Shown one piece after another: positions 47,201 through 61,727 of a DNA stretch of 64,000 bases (position 1 is the first letter of the stretch; each line of letters starts with the position of its first letter). The translations under genes were made by a program, and so were the position numbers. The stretch covers positions 13,814,343 to 13,878,342 of the forward strand of contig JASCQW010000162.1 of the NCBI GenBank assembly GCA_030264375.1. Reading direction: 5' to 3'. Below the pieces are notes generated by a model. It did no database searches. It saw nothing but the letters and a program-made list of their open reading frames with translations, and had not been told where the DNA came from. The DNA is from Carcharhinus longimanus (taxonomy: Eukaryota).

Positions 47201-50200
47201 TTACGAGTAATTCAATTTCTATAACGAGTTTTGTTCTGTTGCCTCGCAACAAAGACATGAAGATGTAAAGAACTGAGATGGGAGCTAATGCAATCAAGTG
47301 GTATAATTCGATTGCTTATTTTACAAATTTCATGAACATGTGGTAAACAAGTACTCTGTAATGTGACTATTCAAACAGACTCTGATCAAACCTCCCTGTG
47401 CAAGGTCCACATGGGATATCATTGGTGCCTATTTGAACTCAGACACTCCCTTAATTTAATTCCCCCCCTCTTGCGATCCAGTTGGGAAGGAGAAAAAGTA
47501 AGCGCCTCCATTAAATTATTAATCTCCTTCTGCACTAAATAAATCACTATGCCATGTGACGATATACTTTGTGTCAAAGTAGTTACCTGTATCAAACTCA
47601 CCTTCCTGAGCATGTTTGACGGCGCCAAAGGTTTATTTATGGTGGCTGGGATTGCGAGTCAAAACCTCTCAGACGTAAACGAGGCACTTTGTTCCCCTCT
47701 GATTAAATAACATTGAAGAAAACAAAATCAAATAATCACGGTGTAAATTAAACAGTGGACGAATACAAATTTGCACGCGTGCGATTTTTTTTGGTACATA
47801 TTTCGAATTTCAATTGCATTGACCGTTTGTTTTTAGAGTCTGCTATTTATTTCCAAACAAGAAATTACTTTTAATACACAGAGGAGAATTGCTAAAGTGC
47901 ATGTTGGTAAAGGGAGCATGTGTTCTGTAATCATCAAAAATTGATATGTGCCGCCAGTAAAGTAATTATGCACCATCCTGAGAATATGAGGACAGTATAT
48001 TGTTAATCCACTTGCACACCCGTTGACTTACAGCATCGGGCTGCAAATAGCTTAATTAAGTCATACACGTGGAATATAAGCATATTGTTACTTTATATTA
48101 TGCACACTATATCTTAATTTATGGGGCAATTAATGTGCGTGACAGAATGCGGGCGAAAATGTTGACTGTGGAGACCTAAGTTGTTCACTGCTGGCAATTG
48201 TAACAGGATGCATAAAAACAGTCAGGGCCATACCTGCATAGTAAAGCTAATCTGCTCACTTTATTTCTTAATGGCAGCCTGCTTTCAACCTGTCAGAGAG
48301 AGAACTTTTAATCTGTCTGCGTAAAAAAAATCTTTTCAGGCATCTTGAGCTGAGTTCAATTTCACTGTGGCTCCCTCTGTCGACTCTTGTGCTATTGAAG
48401 ATAATCAATACATGATTTGGAAAATTTCATACGCCGATGCGCGTTTTCTTGCGACTCCAACGCCGCGCACCATTGCACAATGTCGAATTGACATGTCCTG
48501 TTATAATCGATTTACAAATCAGAAAACAATTTACTCTGTTTTAACAGTGAATGTTCAGAATTCAATCGGCTGCCCACTAATATTTCCATTATATTCAGGA
48601 ACACGATGGGATATAGACATGTCCCCTGTTTTTTGTACAACAACGACATGTATTGCGATAATCATGAAAACGGCATTAAATGTCAACACTGGCACTATTT
48701 ATAACAGAAAGGGCAAACCGTGCATTTATTCACAGCCAGGCAGAGCTTGAATGTTGAACACCTGTACGGGATAAAAGTGAATTCATCAGGTGTGACTGGC
48801 TACATCATGACATCATAGCTTTCTGTCGCCGACACTCTCGCAGACCATTCACCCAAATCATTCTACCCCTATCAGCCCATGAAATTAACACTAACTAACC
48901 GGTGCCTAACCGGTTAATGCACAAGATTCGCGGCTTAATGGCATCTACCTGTACTCCACATTTATCGGGAGTGAATTATTTTTTAATGACAATTTGAGTT
49001 GATTTCGAAACAGCTTGTTTCTTTCGAGTGTACTTAGTGGAACTGTGTGAAAGAGTGAATATATTTGATCAGAACAAAGGGGAGATGCCCTTGCTAAGAT
49101 GCTGCCACCAGATTTTTGGTGCTGTAAATTTCCTCCTATTGTCACAGTGCAAGTTCAAAGTAGCGGGCAACTGGTATGTCGAAACACGTGACTTTCACCC
49201 TTTGTGTCTAATATGTGTACAGCACCTCGATATCCTTATTCGACATACGTCCAAATATTGGCTTTAACTTGAATCTGTTATATCATTATATTTCTGTCCA
49301 AAATGCATATTTGGGACGAGCTTAAATATTGCTTTAAATGATATCCGAAACTCAACAGTGTGTTTTCTTTATGGCAAAAACGTAGAGAGAAAGAAAACAA
49401 ACGCCATTGAAGTGAAATTGTTTTATTTCATTGAACTGAAAAGAGGTCACATTAACTGAACGCATTATTTTATACAAAGTGTTATTCTAAAAAAAAATTA
49501 GGGATACACCCTATAATGTATATTTTGCACATTTTCCCCATTTATTTGCAATCAGCAGTCTTCAGTAGGTTGAGTTTGGAGTTTTGAACAGTGGAAGTCG
49601 AGTAACGTTGTTGTACAGTAGGTGACAGTATACGATTTATGCTGTAAATATGGTGCATTGTGTACTATGGTCAAAACCGTACCAAATTAACTGGTGCGAC
49701 CAGTTGAAATGATCCACTTAGCAGAAACTAAGCCACTGAACTAGATGGATTTTTTTTTCTTTTAAAAATCAATTATCAGGTGTTGTCTTAGGTAATGCTA
49801 CCGCTGTTGTGTTGGCATCAAGAGTTCTCGGAGTGCACCCACGGTTAAGTTGGGTCTAACTTTGGATTCCCTTGTCCGGTGCACTAAAACTGACATACCT
49901 CTGCAGGATGCTCACCTCACTTTGCTTTCCCATCGGAGTGAACTATAACTCCAGCTGGACGTCAAGTGACCTGTAAAGTTGCTTTTCAATGTTTTAACAT
50001 TTTTGAAGAGGGCTGCCTGCCAATCCGCACCTAACATTTTCACTCAGCTTCTTGGCTTCCACATGCTTCCAAGTATTTATATATAGCGCCTGTATTAAGT
50101 GCAGCCCGCAACAATCGGCAACTGACAGTATAACTCCAGTCTTCCAATGAGATGAAACTCCACTGAAATTAGTATGACTTGATAGTTGTAACATAGCCAG

Positions 50201-53200
50201 AAACTAAAATTCAACTAATTATCTTGTATATAAGTACTAGATAACTGTATAAACAAACTTACAAGACTGTGCAAAATTTAATAGTCTTTCATTTCACTCC
50301 ATCATTTGACTGCTTGCACTCGCACAAACGGTGGAAGTGATCACTTTAAGTGTACTTACACGGTTTGTACGGACATTGAAGAACCTACATTTTCTTTACT
50401 AATGTCAATTTGTGTGTGTTTGTGGTTATGCATTTTTTGTGTATATGTTAGTTTTATTTCGGAGAAACACTTTCACTGAAGTTTTAGATGCATCACAAAC
50501 AGCACCACATGAATGAAGCCTAGAGTCTGAGAGTAAATATACAGAGCAGGAAATACACAATGGGTTTACTAATCTATATTAAATGGATACATCATGTTAT
50601 TTGAAACAGATTTTTTTTCTGAGTACAGGGGAAGAAATTTGGGGTTTCTTTTCTGAAGCTGTATAGTGCGGCAATTGAAACCCTTCAAACACAGAGAATT
50701 GCATTGGAAACAGACATTTGTAAAAAATGGAGCAGGAACAGGGAGTGATAAGATAAATACTTTTTTTTCTAATATAGCAAGATCAGCCTTGACACAGCAT
50801 AAAATGAAACGCGTCTTACCAAAATATATTACTGTTCCTAAAGGGGCTTTGGTCTTCCAGGTCGTGTTTTGCCATTGAATATCATAATTTTGAAATACTT
50901 CAAAATACAGTTGCTTGTCATTCGATATGTTTATGTTTTAAAAGTCGAATGAAAAAAACCCAATACTTTTTGATTTCTCTCCTCTCAACTTCCCAAACCC
51001 CAAAACATATTTTCCACCATTGAATTGTGAAATCGCAGAGAATTAGATTACCATGAAAAAGAGCAAATGCAATATTATCGGAACATGGCCCATATCACAA
51101 CCGGACAAGTTTCCCAAGGTCTAACTCTTAGTCTTTGAAAACATATTTTCTGGCCCTTCAGTTTGTCTAGCTCCAAACCAGCTGCCGCCCCTGTTTACCT
51201 TGGGAAGGCAGGGCTTTACCACAAATATGACCATCTGGTTATTTTTTCGGCTGACAGTATCTTTTCATCTCCACCCATGTTATATGGCCGAAGATTAAAA
51301 TCTGCACTGTCCTCCGCCCCCCCCCCCCCCCCCACCCCCCCCCCGCTTTTTTAAANNNNNNNNNNNNNNNNNNNNNNNNNNNNNNNNNNNNNNNNNNNNN
51401 NNNNNNNNNNNNNNNNNNNNNNNNNNNNNNNNNNNNNNNNNNNNNNNNNNNNNNNNNNNNNNNNNNNNNNNNNNNNNNNNNNNNNNNNNNNNNNNNNNNN
51501 NNNNNNNNNNNNNNNNNNNNNNNNNNNNNNNNNNNNNNNNNNNNNNNNNNNNNNNNNNNNNNNNNNNNNNNNNNNNNNNNNNNNNNNNNNNNNNNNNNNN
51601 NNNNNNNNNNNNNNNNNNNNNNNNNNNNNNNNNNNNNNNNNNNNNNNNNNNNNNNNNNNNNNNNNNNNNNNNNNNNNNNNNNNNNNNNNNNNNNNNNNNN
51701 NNNNNNNNNNNNNNNNNNNNNNNNNNNNNNNNNNNNNNNNNNNNNNNNNNNNNNNNNNNNNNNNNNNNNNNNNNNNNNNNNNNNNNNNNNNNNNNNNNNN
51801 NNNNNNNNNNNNNNNNNNNNNNNNNNNNNNNNNNNNNNNNNNNNNNNNNNNNNNNNNNNNNNNNNNNNNNAAAAAGTTTTTATCAAGACTAGGAGGAGAA
51901 GGGAAACCAGTCTGGAAAAAAAAGATAAAGAGGCAGTAACCACCTAGATGAGTTAGACCAAACTATACTCCCTTAAGTGACTGGTAAAGTGGTCAGCATT
52001 CTGGGTAAGTAACTTTCCCTATTTTTGGAAGAAAATACGAATATGTGTTTGATGTATATTGGATTGGGAATAATTATTCGTCTTTACATTTGGCTGAGCT
52101 GCTACTGCAGATTGAGATACAAATATTTCATATTTTTGGTACAGTAACAACAGGTACCATAGGGTGCTATCTTCTTTGTCTGACCAAATGTAACAAAATA
52201 TCAGTTACCAAAATAGCTTCCTTGCAGAGAGATTGCAAATAAATATTTGTGGTCTTTGCATTTGGGGCGGGGGGGGGAGGGGGGGTGGTGGCGGGGAGGG
52301 GAGTGGTGGGGGAAGGGGGAAGCGTGATTAAGCTGTAGCGCCTGCGCCTATCCCCGGAATTATTCTTAATATTGAGGGGCACAAACGAGGGGCCACGTTG
52401 TATTCCCACAGCCAGTGCAGGATGCACTTGATAGAATGGCGGGGTTGCTCCAAGCTTATGCTTGAACGTGGGATCGGCCAGTGGGACTGTAATTAGCTCC
52501 GCTGCTGATAGACCCATTCTGAGCACCCAGGCGGTGATTTCTCCCTTCCAACTACTTAGTAGGACACTTGCGTAAGTGTTAAGCAGGAAACTGCTAATTA
52601 AAGCACTCGCTGACAAAATCAATGCAAAATGACTTAAAAGGAAGTTAGCCTGAATTCAGGNNNNNNNNNNNNNNNNNNNNNNNNCACGTGTACGTAAAGT
52701 TCACACTCTAACTGACTGCAATTATAATGTCCTGCATAAACTGATCGGGATGTGTTGTGACGAACGAGTTTACATTATCCCCACTGGAAGAAGCGAATTT
52801 ATTTCACGTTTGCAACTTTTAACACAAAGGTTGGTTGGGAAGAGGTACCCCTATCTCCAATAGATAGATCTTACCAATTTAATTCGATCCATTAGCCAGT
52901 ATTGCAGGCACTCATAGTGCGGCACATTATTAACTGCACACGAACTGACCTCATCACACACTGCCCCCACCCACTAACACCCACCCCGGCGCCCCACACA
53001 CTCAACACCAACTCCTACACTCAAATCAGGGGCAGTTCAGTAATTTCGACACAAGTTACCAAGAACAGTTTCTCTATCTGCCACTCCTCTGTCATAAATT
53101 CTGACAGCCTCCCACAACGCATGGGACTGGTTATTGGTTATTTTCTTAAGTCAACGTGTTTATGGATAGTTTCCATTGTAATACTTCATATGCTTTCGGG

Positions 53201-56200
53201 GAGGGGGGTGGGGCAGGAACAAAAAGGGAATTGTCCCCTGCTCGTATTGAAACTTTGTAATTTTCTCAAATATGGACCACCACACTCACAAATTTCTTTT
53301 TTTTGCGCTCCAGTGCCCCAGAGGGTCAATCCAGTACCTCTCACCACCATAAGTCAACAGCTTGACTCTCAATGGCACATGGGCGATTTTCCACATAAAT
53401 CTGGTAACTGATTCGAATTGATAGCGCAAACGGCAGGGAATTTCATCAAAAAAAGACCTTCAGGACTCTTAAGGCTACTTGGGGAATGAGATGTGAACAG
53501 GAAGGTTGGAAGGGAAGTTGGCGGGGGGAGGGTGGGGAGGTAGAGGGAAGTGTTTGGTGTGCTAGTTGGTCGTACTTCGGGCCTGTTTCATCTCTCTGAA
53601 TGTCAAAGTTTGAGACGGTTAAAAATACACAAAAGAGAAGAAAACGGTAAAGGGTTTTTGTCTGTTCTTCTGAGCATCCGTTGCTCGCGCGTCCACGCAA
53701 AGGGGGCCAGCTCCATCATGAAGTCTCAAATTTTAACGGGTGCAAATTATTGGTTCGGATGAAACCCAAAATGTCAACAAATTTGTTCCGCTTATTAGAG
53801 GTGAACTTTTGCGAAATGAATCAAAGCGCCGACGATTCGTCGGCTGAATCTGAAACTTCACTGGAGGGTGGGTGGGTGTGTGTGTGTGTTGGGGGGCGGG
53901 GGGTGGCTTGGGAGCGGGGGGGGGGAATGATGCGGAGAGAAAAAAGTCAGCGATAAGTTTGTAAGTCGTAGATTTGTTGTATAGGGAGCAACTTACAAAA
54001 AGATTCATCAAATAATACAAGCCTTGTTTATAATAAAGCTGTCCCCATCACATCGGCTCAGCGTGGGGTGGATATGGAATAATTGTCCTGTATGAAAAAA
54101 AATCACTTTAGTTATTCATTGGCATACTAAACAAAGGGAGCTATTTAAACTGTTTAAATTATCTAATTTTCAGAGAGTATGAAGTGTTCACGTCAACTGA
54201 CCCGAGGACACACTCGGTAGATGCATTTGAGAATGTAGGCTCGGTCTATGCATCATATCCTTTCTGACTCCTACGCGGAGTATCAGCAACTCCCCGTTCT
54301 TAGATCTTAAGATGCGCTTTACATGACTTAATTCATACGTGCATCTAACAGGGAAATCGTAGTTCATTGTATGCCTGAAAACTACCTCCTGGCAGATAAA
54401 ACAAGCTCCCACGAAGTAGATGGTCAGACAGAAGTCCTGTTAAAATAACAAAAATAATGAAAATAGCACTATTTCAAACATACCTTGTTACCAAAACAGG
54501 ATGAATTTAAAGCAAAACAGCCAGGACAATTAATAAATGTGATAGTGGTGGCGGCGGGGTGGGAGGTGGAGGGTGGTGGTGGTGGTGGTGTAGGTAGCGG
54601 AATGTCATGAAAGAAAAATCCCTGTTCGAAATGATTACACAATTTAAAACAATAGAAGTCATTATCTCCCTCACTTTAATCACAAAAATCTATGACTTGC
54701 ACTGAAAATTGTAGTCATGTTTGTGGTGAAGAGGATCATGCTTTCAATAATCGAAAATGGTCAGTAGAATTTAATTCATCAGTAAGGACCATGTAGTTCA
54801 AAGGTCACTCGCAACACGGGCAGAACGGACACAACCCAAGTTTTGCACACTGATAACTGAGGATCTGAAGTAGATGTACACATTGCACGTTGAGAAATAG
54901 ATGTAAGTGTGAAGATCGTTTATTCGAATTATTTATCAAATAAGCACAGTGCAGAAACATAGGAAACACATTCTCATAAATATAGCAAACCGTAGGAAAA
55001 AATGCCGGCACTCGTTCAGTGTAAAGGGAAGGTCTACTTCACACGTCAGGTGATCTGATATAAGGTATGATGTGCTGTAAACAGTGTTTTATGTTTCGAG
55101 CAACAGGGCAGCTCCGACAGTTTGAAGATTAGCCATCCCCACCCGAGTTAGGAAATAAACAACTAAGCAGCTCGTTTCTACAATTAGTGGGGACAGGATC
55201 CTGGACTATTCGTAGCTTCACCACGATATTGCACTCACTAAGATAGCCCTGGCAGGAACAGCAAGCCAGCATTCCCTTCTCCACATGGAATCTGGAAAAT
55301 ATTGGCCTGTGCACCGAACAGAATCTCAAGCAGAATAAAATCCAATTGCTAAAACAAAAACACATTGGAAAAGGTGACCAAGGAACCACATTTCCTTTCG
55401 TTTTTTCCCCTATAAAATTATTTAATGACATGGTTTCAAACATACCGAGAACCACTTGATGATTTGGAAGACAGAAGGGAGTAATTGAGCGCCATAATTT
55501 TTACGGGGCATGCAGAACAGCGCCACACCAACTGTATCTGCTTCCGACTGGTACCCAGAGTACAAGCATGTAACCAAATTAAAGTGCAGGGCTCTCTGTT
55601 AAAATCGTGTTTTCATTGCAGAAATATCGTTTCCCTCCCTGTGAAATGTACAAATTGCATCTCACATGATTAGAAAGCGAGCACGTTGCATTTTTGCAAC
55701 ATGAATAATTGTTACAACACTGCTACAAATCCAAGCCAGAGCTTACTTAAAGATGGCTACCGGTTTTTGTTCCACCATCATTCCTCAAGTTTCCATTACC
55801 TTCAAAGTTTCCAAGCTTGGCTATCGATTACTTCGAAATAGCCTAACCGTAAAAAGTATTATCGCCTCTGGAACTTATCACAAATTAGTCATTCTCAACG
55901 AGGCAGGCAAATCACCACTAAACTTTTGCTATGGACTACTGCATCCCCCCACCCCTCCCACTTTAATGGCGCGGATGCTAGAATTGAACAGAAGACAGCC
56001 GAGAGGAAAGGCCTTAGCATCTGCGTATTTTAGTTTTCAGTGGAGGTCAATTTAACTACGAAAGTGCCTGCAATTTGTCAGCATATGTTTTACCACAGCC
56101 ACCCCCACGCCCCCACTCCGCCACCCCTCCCCCCGCCAAAAAAATGATCAGGAAAGAAAATACAAGAACGAATAATTGTAAATATTCGAGCGACAGTTGA

Positions 56201-56925
56201 AGTTGCAATGTTGCTTCTCCGAGTCTTTATGAAGTCTGCATTACAATTCTATTAAAAGACTCCAATTGCAAGCCTTTTAATTAATCTTTAACCCACCAAA
56301 ATTTCGTCTTGGCTAATATTTTATGCAGTAACATCCAACGGCCAAATCATGGTCGCACAACTTATATCCAAAATGTCATTTTTTTCAGAAAAAAACACGT
56401 ACAATTTAATTAGAATAATGGCCACCTTCCAGAGTGAAAAATGTGTTTTTCATTTTCGTGCAACTGAATGGGAACTAATTCAAGTCAACATATTTCCAAT
56501 AACCAACTGGATGGTGTAGCCTAAACAGCGAAGGAAGGCTCCATTCAATGTAAAGCTTTGCGGTCCTGAAGCATGGGTGATGTAATTTCCTCCCTGCTTT
56601 CCACATTTATGTATTCTGGAAAAATATTCATATATCTGAGGAACATAAATAAGCGCATAAAATACAAGCAAACATGGCCCGCGGATAAGGTCAATGCAAT
56701 TGTGTACTCCAGGTCCCTGAACCCTAACTAGATGACTGGATAGTTGAACCAGCAAACAATTGTTCTGAATAGAAGTTGACCTTAGTTTATTGATATGTTT
56801 GCACAAATGTTTGCCTTAAAATACAATCAGCACTGACAGGAGTGCCCCCATGCTGGGCAGTGTTGAGATTTCAAGAACCGTATTATTTGTGTAGCCCAAC
56901 ACAAAATAAGTAGTCTAGATAACAA

Positions 56926-56957
56926 TAGAGATAGACAGATAGGTAGATAGATAGATA
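56926..56957 (+). repeat. Imperfect (TAGA)n tetranucleotide repeat
   Basis: TAGAGATAGACAGATAGGTAGATAGATAGATA. Confidence 0.75.
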
Positions 56958-57769
56958 ATTACAAATAATGCAAAAGCAAAAGGAAAGTGTAAATATATGC
57001 TTATAAAATACTCATAAGAAGGTTATGCAAACCGATGTAGAGACATGGATGGCTGGAATGTATCAGAGTTGAACTCATTCAAATTATACTGTTTATCAAC
57101 ATATCTATTTAGAAAATAATGAAGATTCAAAACCAGTTCTGGTTTGAGTTATTCTTCAAAACAAAGAATATAAACGTTATCCCTTCCAATAAATATTAAT
57201 GGAATGCCCGGATTTGTCAATCTTCCTCAGAAATTCGATTACGATATTAACTAACTTCTGTCTATAATTTAGTTGGGACGCATCAGCTATTCCAAATATA
57301 TCTGCTTTCAGGAAAGCCAAAGGTTTGTTATTCAGTTTACAAGATACCAGCTTGAGTGTAGACTATATTTATACTTTTTATCCTTCAACAGGAAGAATGC
57401 TACTAACTTACAGATCTTGATTCTTCCCGACTCAATACTTTTACATTCGCCTGCAAAAAACTGGGACTCACCTGGTCTCCCTGGTCGCACTACACTTCCA
57501 TCACACATCCTGTAAATCAGAACGAATCCAAACCTTTCCATTGTCATGTTTTCTTTCTTTTTCGTTACCAGATATTTTGAATATTGTGCATATTCACTCT
57601 TCTTGTTCAATCTCAATGTCTTTCTTATATCTAGCATCTATTATTATCACAACCAGACTCTGGGTCCTTTGATAGATGGGAGCTTGAATCATGCTATTGA
57701 AAACTTGTGAACACTCATTGACTACTTACACAATTTACAAAGATGTACTGTTGATTGTGGAAGACACTT

Positions 57770-58400
57770 AGTCATAGAGTTATAGAACTTTACAGCAAAG
57801 AAATTGGTCCTTCGGCCCAACTCATTTTTACCTCTAAGCTAGTCCTATTTGCCCATGTTTGACCCATATCGCTCTCTACCCATCTTACCCATGTAACTGT
57901 CTAAATGCTTTTTAAAAGACAAAATTGTACCTGCTACTACTACTACCTCTGGCAGCTTGTTCCAGACAGTCACCACTGTCTGAGTGAAAAAATTGCCCCC
58001 TTTTGTAACTGCCCCCCTCACCTTAAACCTATGCTCTCTAGTTTTAGATTCCCCTACCTTTGGGAAAAGATATTGACTATTTACCTTGACTATGCCTCTC
58101 ATTATTTTATAGACCCCTTTAAGATCACCCCTAAGCCTCCTATGCTCTAGAAAAAAAAGTCCCAGTCTATCCAGCCTCTCCTTTTAACTCAAACTCTCAA
58201 GACCCGGTAGCATCTTATTAAATCTTTTCTGCATTCTTTCTAGTTCCTTTTCATAATAGGGTAACCAGAACTGTATTCTAAGTGTGGCATTACCAATGTC
58301 TTGTACAACTTCAACAAGATGTCCCAAATCCTGTATTCAGTGTTTTGAACAATGAAACCAAGCATGCTGAATGCCTTCTTCACTACCCTGTCCACCTGTG
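57770..58400 (-). mobile_element. Degraded CR1-clade LINE 3' fragment
   Basis: ORF 57845-58102: SKTREHRFKVRG...FFTQTVVTVWNKLPEVVVVAGTILSFKKHLD is the CR1 ORF2 C-terminus. Tail TTGGGCCGAAGG...TTCTATAACTCTATGACT. Strongly CpG-depleted. Confidence 0.9.
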
Positions 58401-59047
58401 AAAACTTCAACCAGTTTTTTACTCAAAACCCAAGTGCTCTTACTTAACGAGATAGACAACTGTGGTTTGAACTTAGCTTTCTTAAAACACTTGCAAGTTA
58501 AAGAAACAACTCTTAAACATTAAAATTGTTAACTTTTCCCTAAACTAGGCTGACTGCTTGAAAAACACATTTACTACCTGTTTTGGTGCAGTTGGCTGGG
58601 CTGTTGGATTCAATTCACTGAGCTTATGGTGACATGTTATCAAGCTTTTCTTGGTATGAAGGTGGATCTCACGTGCCCTCTTCCATCATTACGGGTCACA
58701 GTAGGCCGATCGAGCCTTCGCTGGGGTTCGTCTTTTTATCTCCCCCATTGAGTCCTTCTGGAATGCTCTCTGGCTTTCAGCCAATGGGGTCACACTGCCC
58801 AATGAGGTTAGGCCAGATCATTCTATGTGTATATATATGTATATATATATATGAAACATTCCAAGGTATGGTTAAAGCAGAGAGTCTGGCTGAAACTGGG
58901 AAATATACAAACATAAGGGGAGCAATCTTATGAAAAAAATTCTGAGTNNNNNNNNNNNNNNNNNNNNNNNNNNNNNNNNNNNNNNNNNNNNNNNNNNNNN
59001 NNNNNNNNNNNNNNNNNNNNNNNNNNNNNNNNNNNNNNNNNNNNNNN

Positions 59048-59125
59048 AATACAAATCTTGCAGGACAGGCTTGAAGGGCTGAATTTGCCTACTTCTGCTC
59101 CTAAGTCCTAAGCTCCGTGTTCTAT
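59048..59125 (+). mobile_element. CR1-type LINE/SINE 3' tail
   Basis: CAGGCTTGAAGGGCTGAATTTGCCTACTTCTGCTCCTAAG resembles the CR1/SINE tail consensus GGCTCGAAGGGCCGAATGGCCTACTCCTGCTCCTA. Follows an N-run. Confidence 0.65.
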
Positions 59126-61727
59126 TATGGAATATTTCTCTTTTCTCCCTCACTCTATGCATATATTCCATATGTCTGTGATACTGCCTCCGAGGAATAT
59201 TTGATCACTATCCATATTGATCAAGTTGAATTTTCGTATAGCATTTTTAATAATTGATTTTTTTTTGCCTCAAATCGATCAGGCTGTTCATCCCTTTCTT
59301 GTGCGAAGTATAACATTGTAGTATGCCTTAAGCATTTGGGATGATTGGACAAAGCACTGGCTGGGTCCGATTCCAGATTCATATGTATTCTGCCCATCTT
59401 CTTGTTATTATTATTTTTTCAGTCTGTGACGTTGCTTTTTTTAAAAAAAATCAAACTTGAAATGAAATGCTTAATCTTACTAATGGCTTAACTTCGAAGC
59501 AGCGAAACCTAGCAGCAAAAGTTAAGGTTGAGTCATATGTGAGGCGATTTCGAGTCATTTCATCTTATTTGAGATGGATTTGACTGTTCGTTTTAAGTAT
59601 GGAGACTGTAATTCGGAATGACCGGAACATGATTAATAGAATAAAATTGTGAAGAATCAAACTAATTAATGAATTCAACTGAGTGGCAAAAAGAGATTTC
59701 CTTTCCTAAACAAATCCGACTCTGCTTGGTGTTTGATACATTATTCAACGTTGCAAATTCCTTAGGTGACAGGAGATGAAGACATTGAAAAAGGTGTTTG
59801 CATAATATTCAATTATTGTAGGAACACCATTAATTGTCTATTGGACATTATTAGATCACCTCTATAACTGTCTAAAATTTGACTGCAGAAATAAAATGGT
59901 AAAATCAGCCGGTGAACCAAACTTCCAAGATTTCCACATATCGAAAGTCTTTTAAAAAATGTCCAGGTTCAAGTTGATGTCCCCTCTTTGGTGTTTGACC
60001 TTTGAGACTTCTACAATTAGCGTTTACGGTAAATTGCAGCAGCATTATAAGGCCGCGTTAGTTAATACTTTCCCGGTCTGCACGCTGATTATTTAACTCT
60101 CTGGTCTAACCTACTGTCCCTTAGCGGGGTCATTTTAAACCCTTGTTGCTCAAGCCCCCACCGGGAAAATAGTTAAAAGAATCTACTGCTACTACAGCCC
60201 AGTGGTATTCTGGTGAGGGTAAGGTTTTTTTTTCGCAATCTGTTTTATGCACTTGGTGGGATTTATACAATTAGCAGAAGTGGAGGGAAAGTTTGCCCTG
60301 GTACCAGATCTAATTAATCCGGAAGAGACGATATTTACAATAATGGCACTTTAGGATTTCTTGATGAGCTTCCTTCACACATAACTGGCCCGATTCTAGC
60401 TGAGAGACGGGCAGTTAACAGATTAGCATCTGCAGTGGTGAGGATCGTGATAATGAGTGGAGAGTTGTACACTTAACAGAAATGGCTGCCATAAAATGAG
60501 TAGGGAAACGTGTTGGCTATAAACCATTTCTTTCACTAATCAATCAAGTCATTTATTACACATCTTCCGAATTTATACCGAACGGATTAGGGCCTCTTTC
60601 ACCTATCAGAGACACAAGATGTGTGTCATAAAAATCACCTGTATCAACATCCCTAGGAAAATTGAGAACACACTTGATTTAGACTTACAATAACAATCAG
60701 ATTCTGTAAATGCTGCACCTCTGTGGTTTTATTTTCACCTAAAAGGCTAAACATTTTCTAACGAAATCCCGATGCTGTGCGTATTAATTTCGAAAGTGAA
60801 AAAAAAACGCACATTTCCCCCCGATGAGTTAACACTTCAAAGCTTTAAGAAGGTTTTATTTTAGTGAAACAATTTGCCACACTTTCCCTGTGTATACACA
60901 CACACACACAGAAAACATCACAGGGCACAAAGCGCCCAAGTTATGCATAGGACGCATGAATCATGGCCCCATTTATAGCGCATTCACACAGTCCTGAAAA
61001 GATTAATATTCGCTTTAAAAATCGCTGACACACTTGACCCCGGTAAGGTCAGCCGCCAACAAAACTTCAAGTGATTTGGATCAAGATTGAATTGACTTCA
61101 ATAATTGATTGGAACTTTTAAAAAGAAATTCTAACGCGATGCGTGTCTCCAATGACCTCTTTAAGAGGCGTGGGGGTGGGATTGGAGCAGCTCAGAAAAA
61201 AAAAGCGTGAGGAAATGTTAAGATTTATTAGATTCCGTTACAAGAAAAGGCTCTTTTCATTTTGTACCGAGCGCTGGACGCCATTGAAACATACCAGGTA
61301 GCCCATGCGGGGACAGAACTTAAGTTTTGTTTTAGTTTAGATCCGAAGTCTGCGCCCCTGTCACCCGTAGGTGGGGGAAGTGGGGGGGGGGGGGGGGGGT
61401 CCACAAACAGGGGAGAGGAAAGTACAACCAAACGCCCGAAGGAGCTGCAACGACTTAACCAACTTTCTTCCACCACCACCCCCTTTTTTTTTTGTTTTTT
61501 TTGTTTTGTATTTTCTGACCTCGGGCAACAAGCTAAGAGCCACTCAATCGATGAAGCCAAGCCATGTGTTACAGACTAAAAATGAGCTCGTCTCTTCTAT
61601 TTAATAGGCACACTTGGGAGAGAGTTCCATGTGCGGGTAACTTCCGAAGTCAAGTTTAGAAGCGCCACTGAAGGCGATAAAACGACCAGTCGTGTTTACT
61701 TTGGCGTCCTCAGCTCTTAGTTAATTG

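Noticed and set aside
48896-48916. Tandem TAACCGGT (Grainyhead-like) motifs
   Set aside because: Short and isolated; cannot be distinguished from a small local duplication.
52902-53411. 169-aa ORF (and similar 100-160 aa ORFs at 1403, 48367 and 63050)
   Set aside because: Non-ATG starts, low-complexity or random composition, no domain or exon structure.
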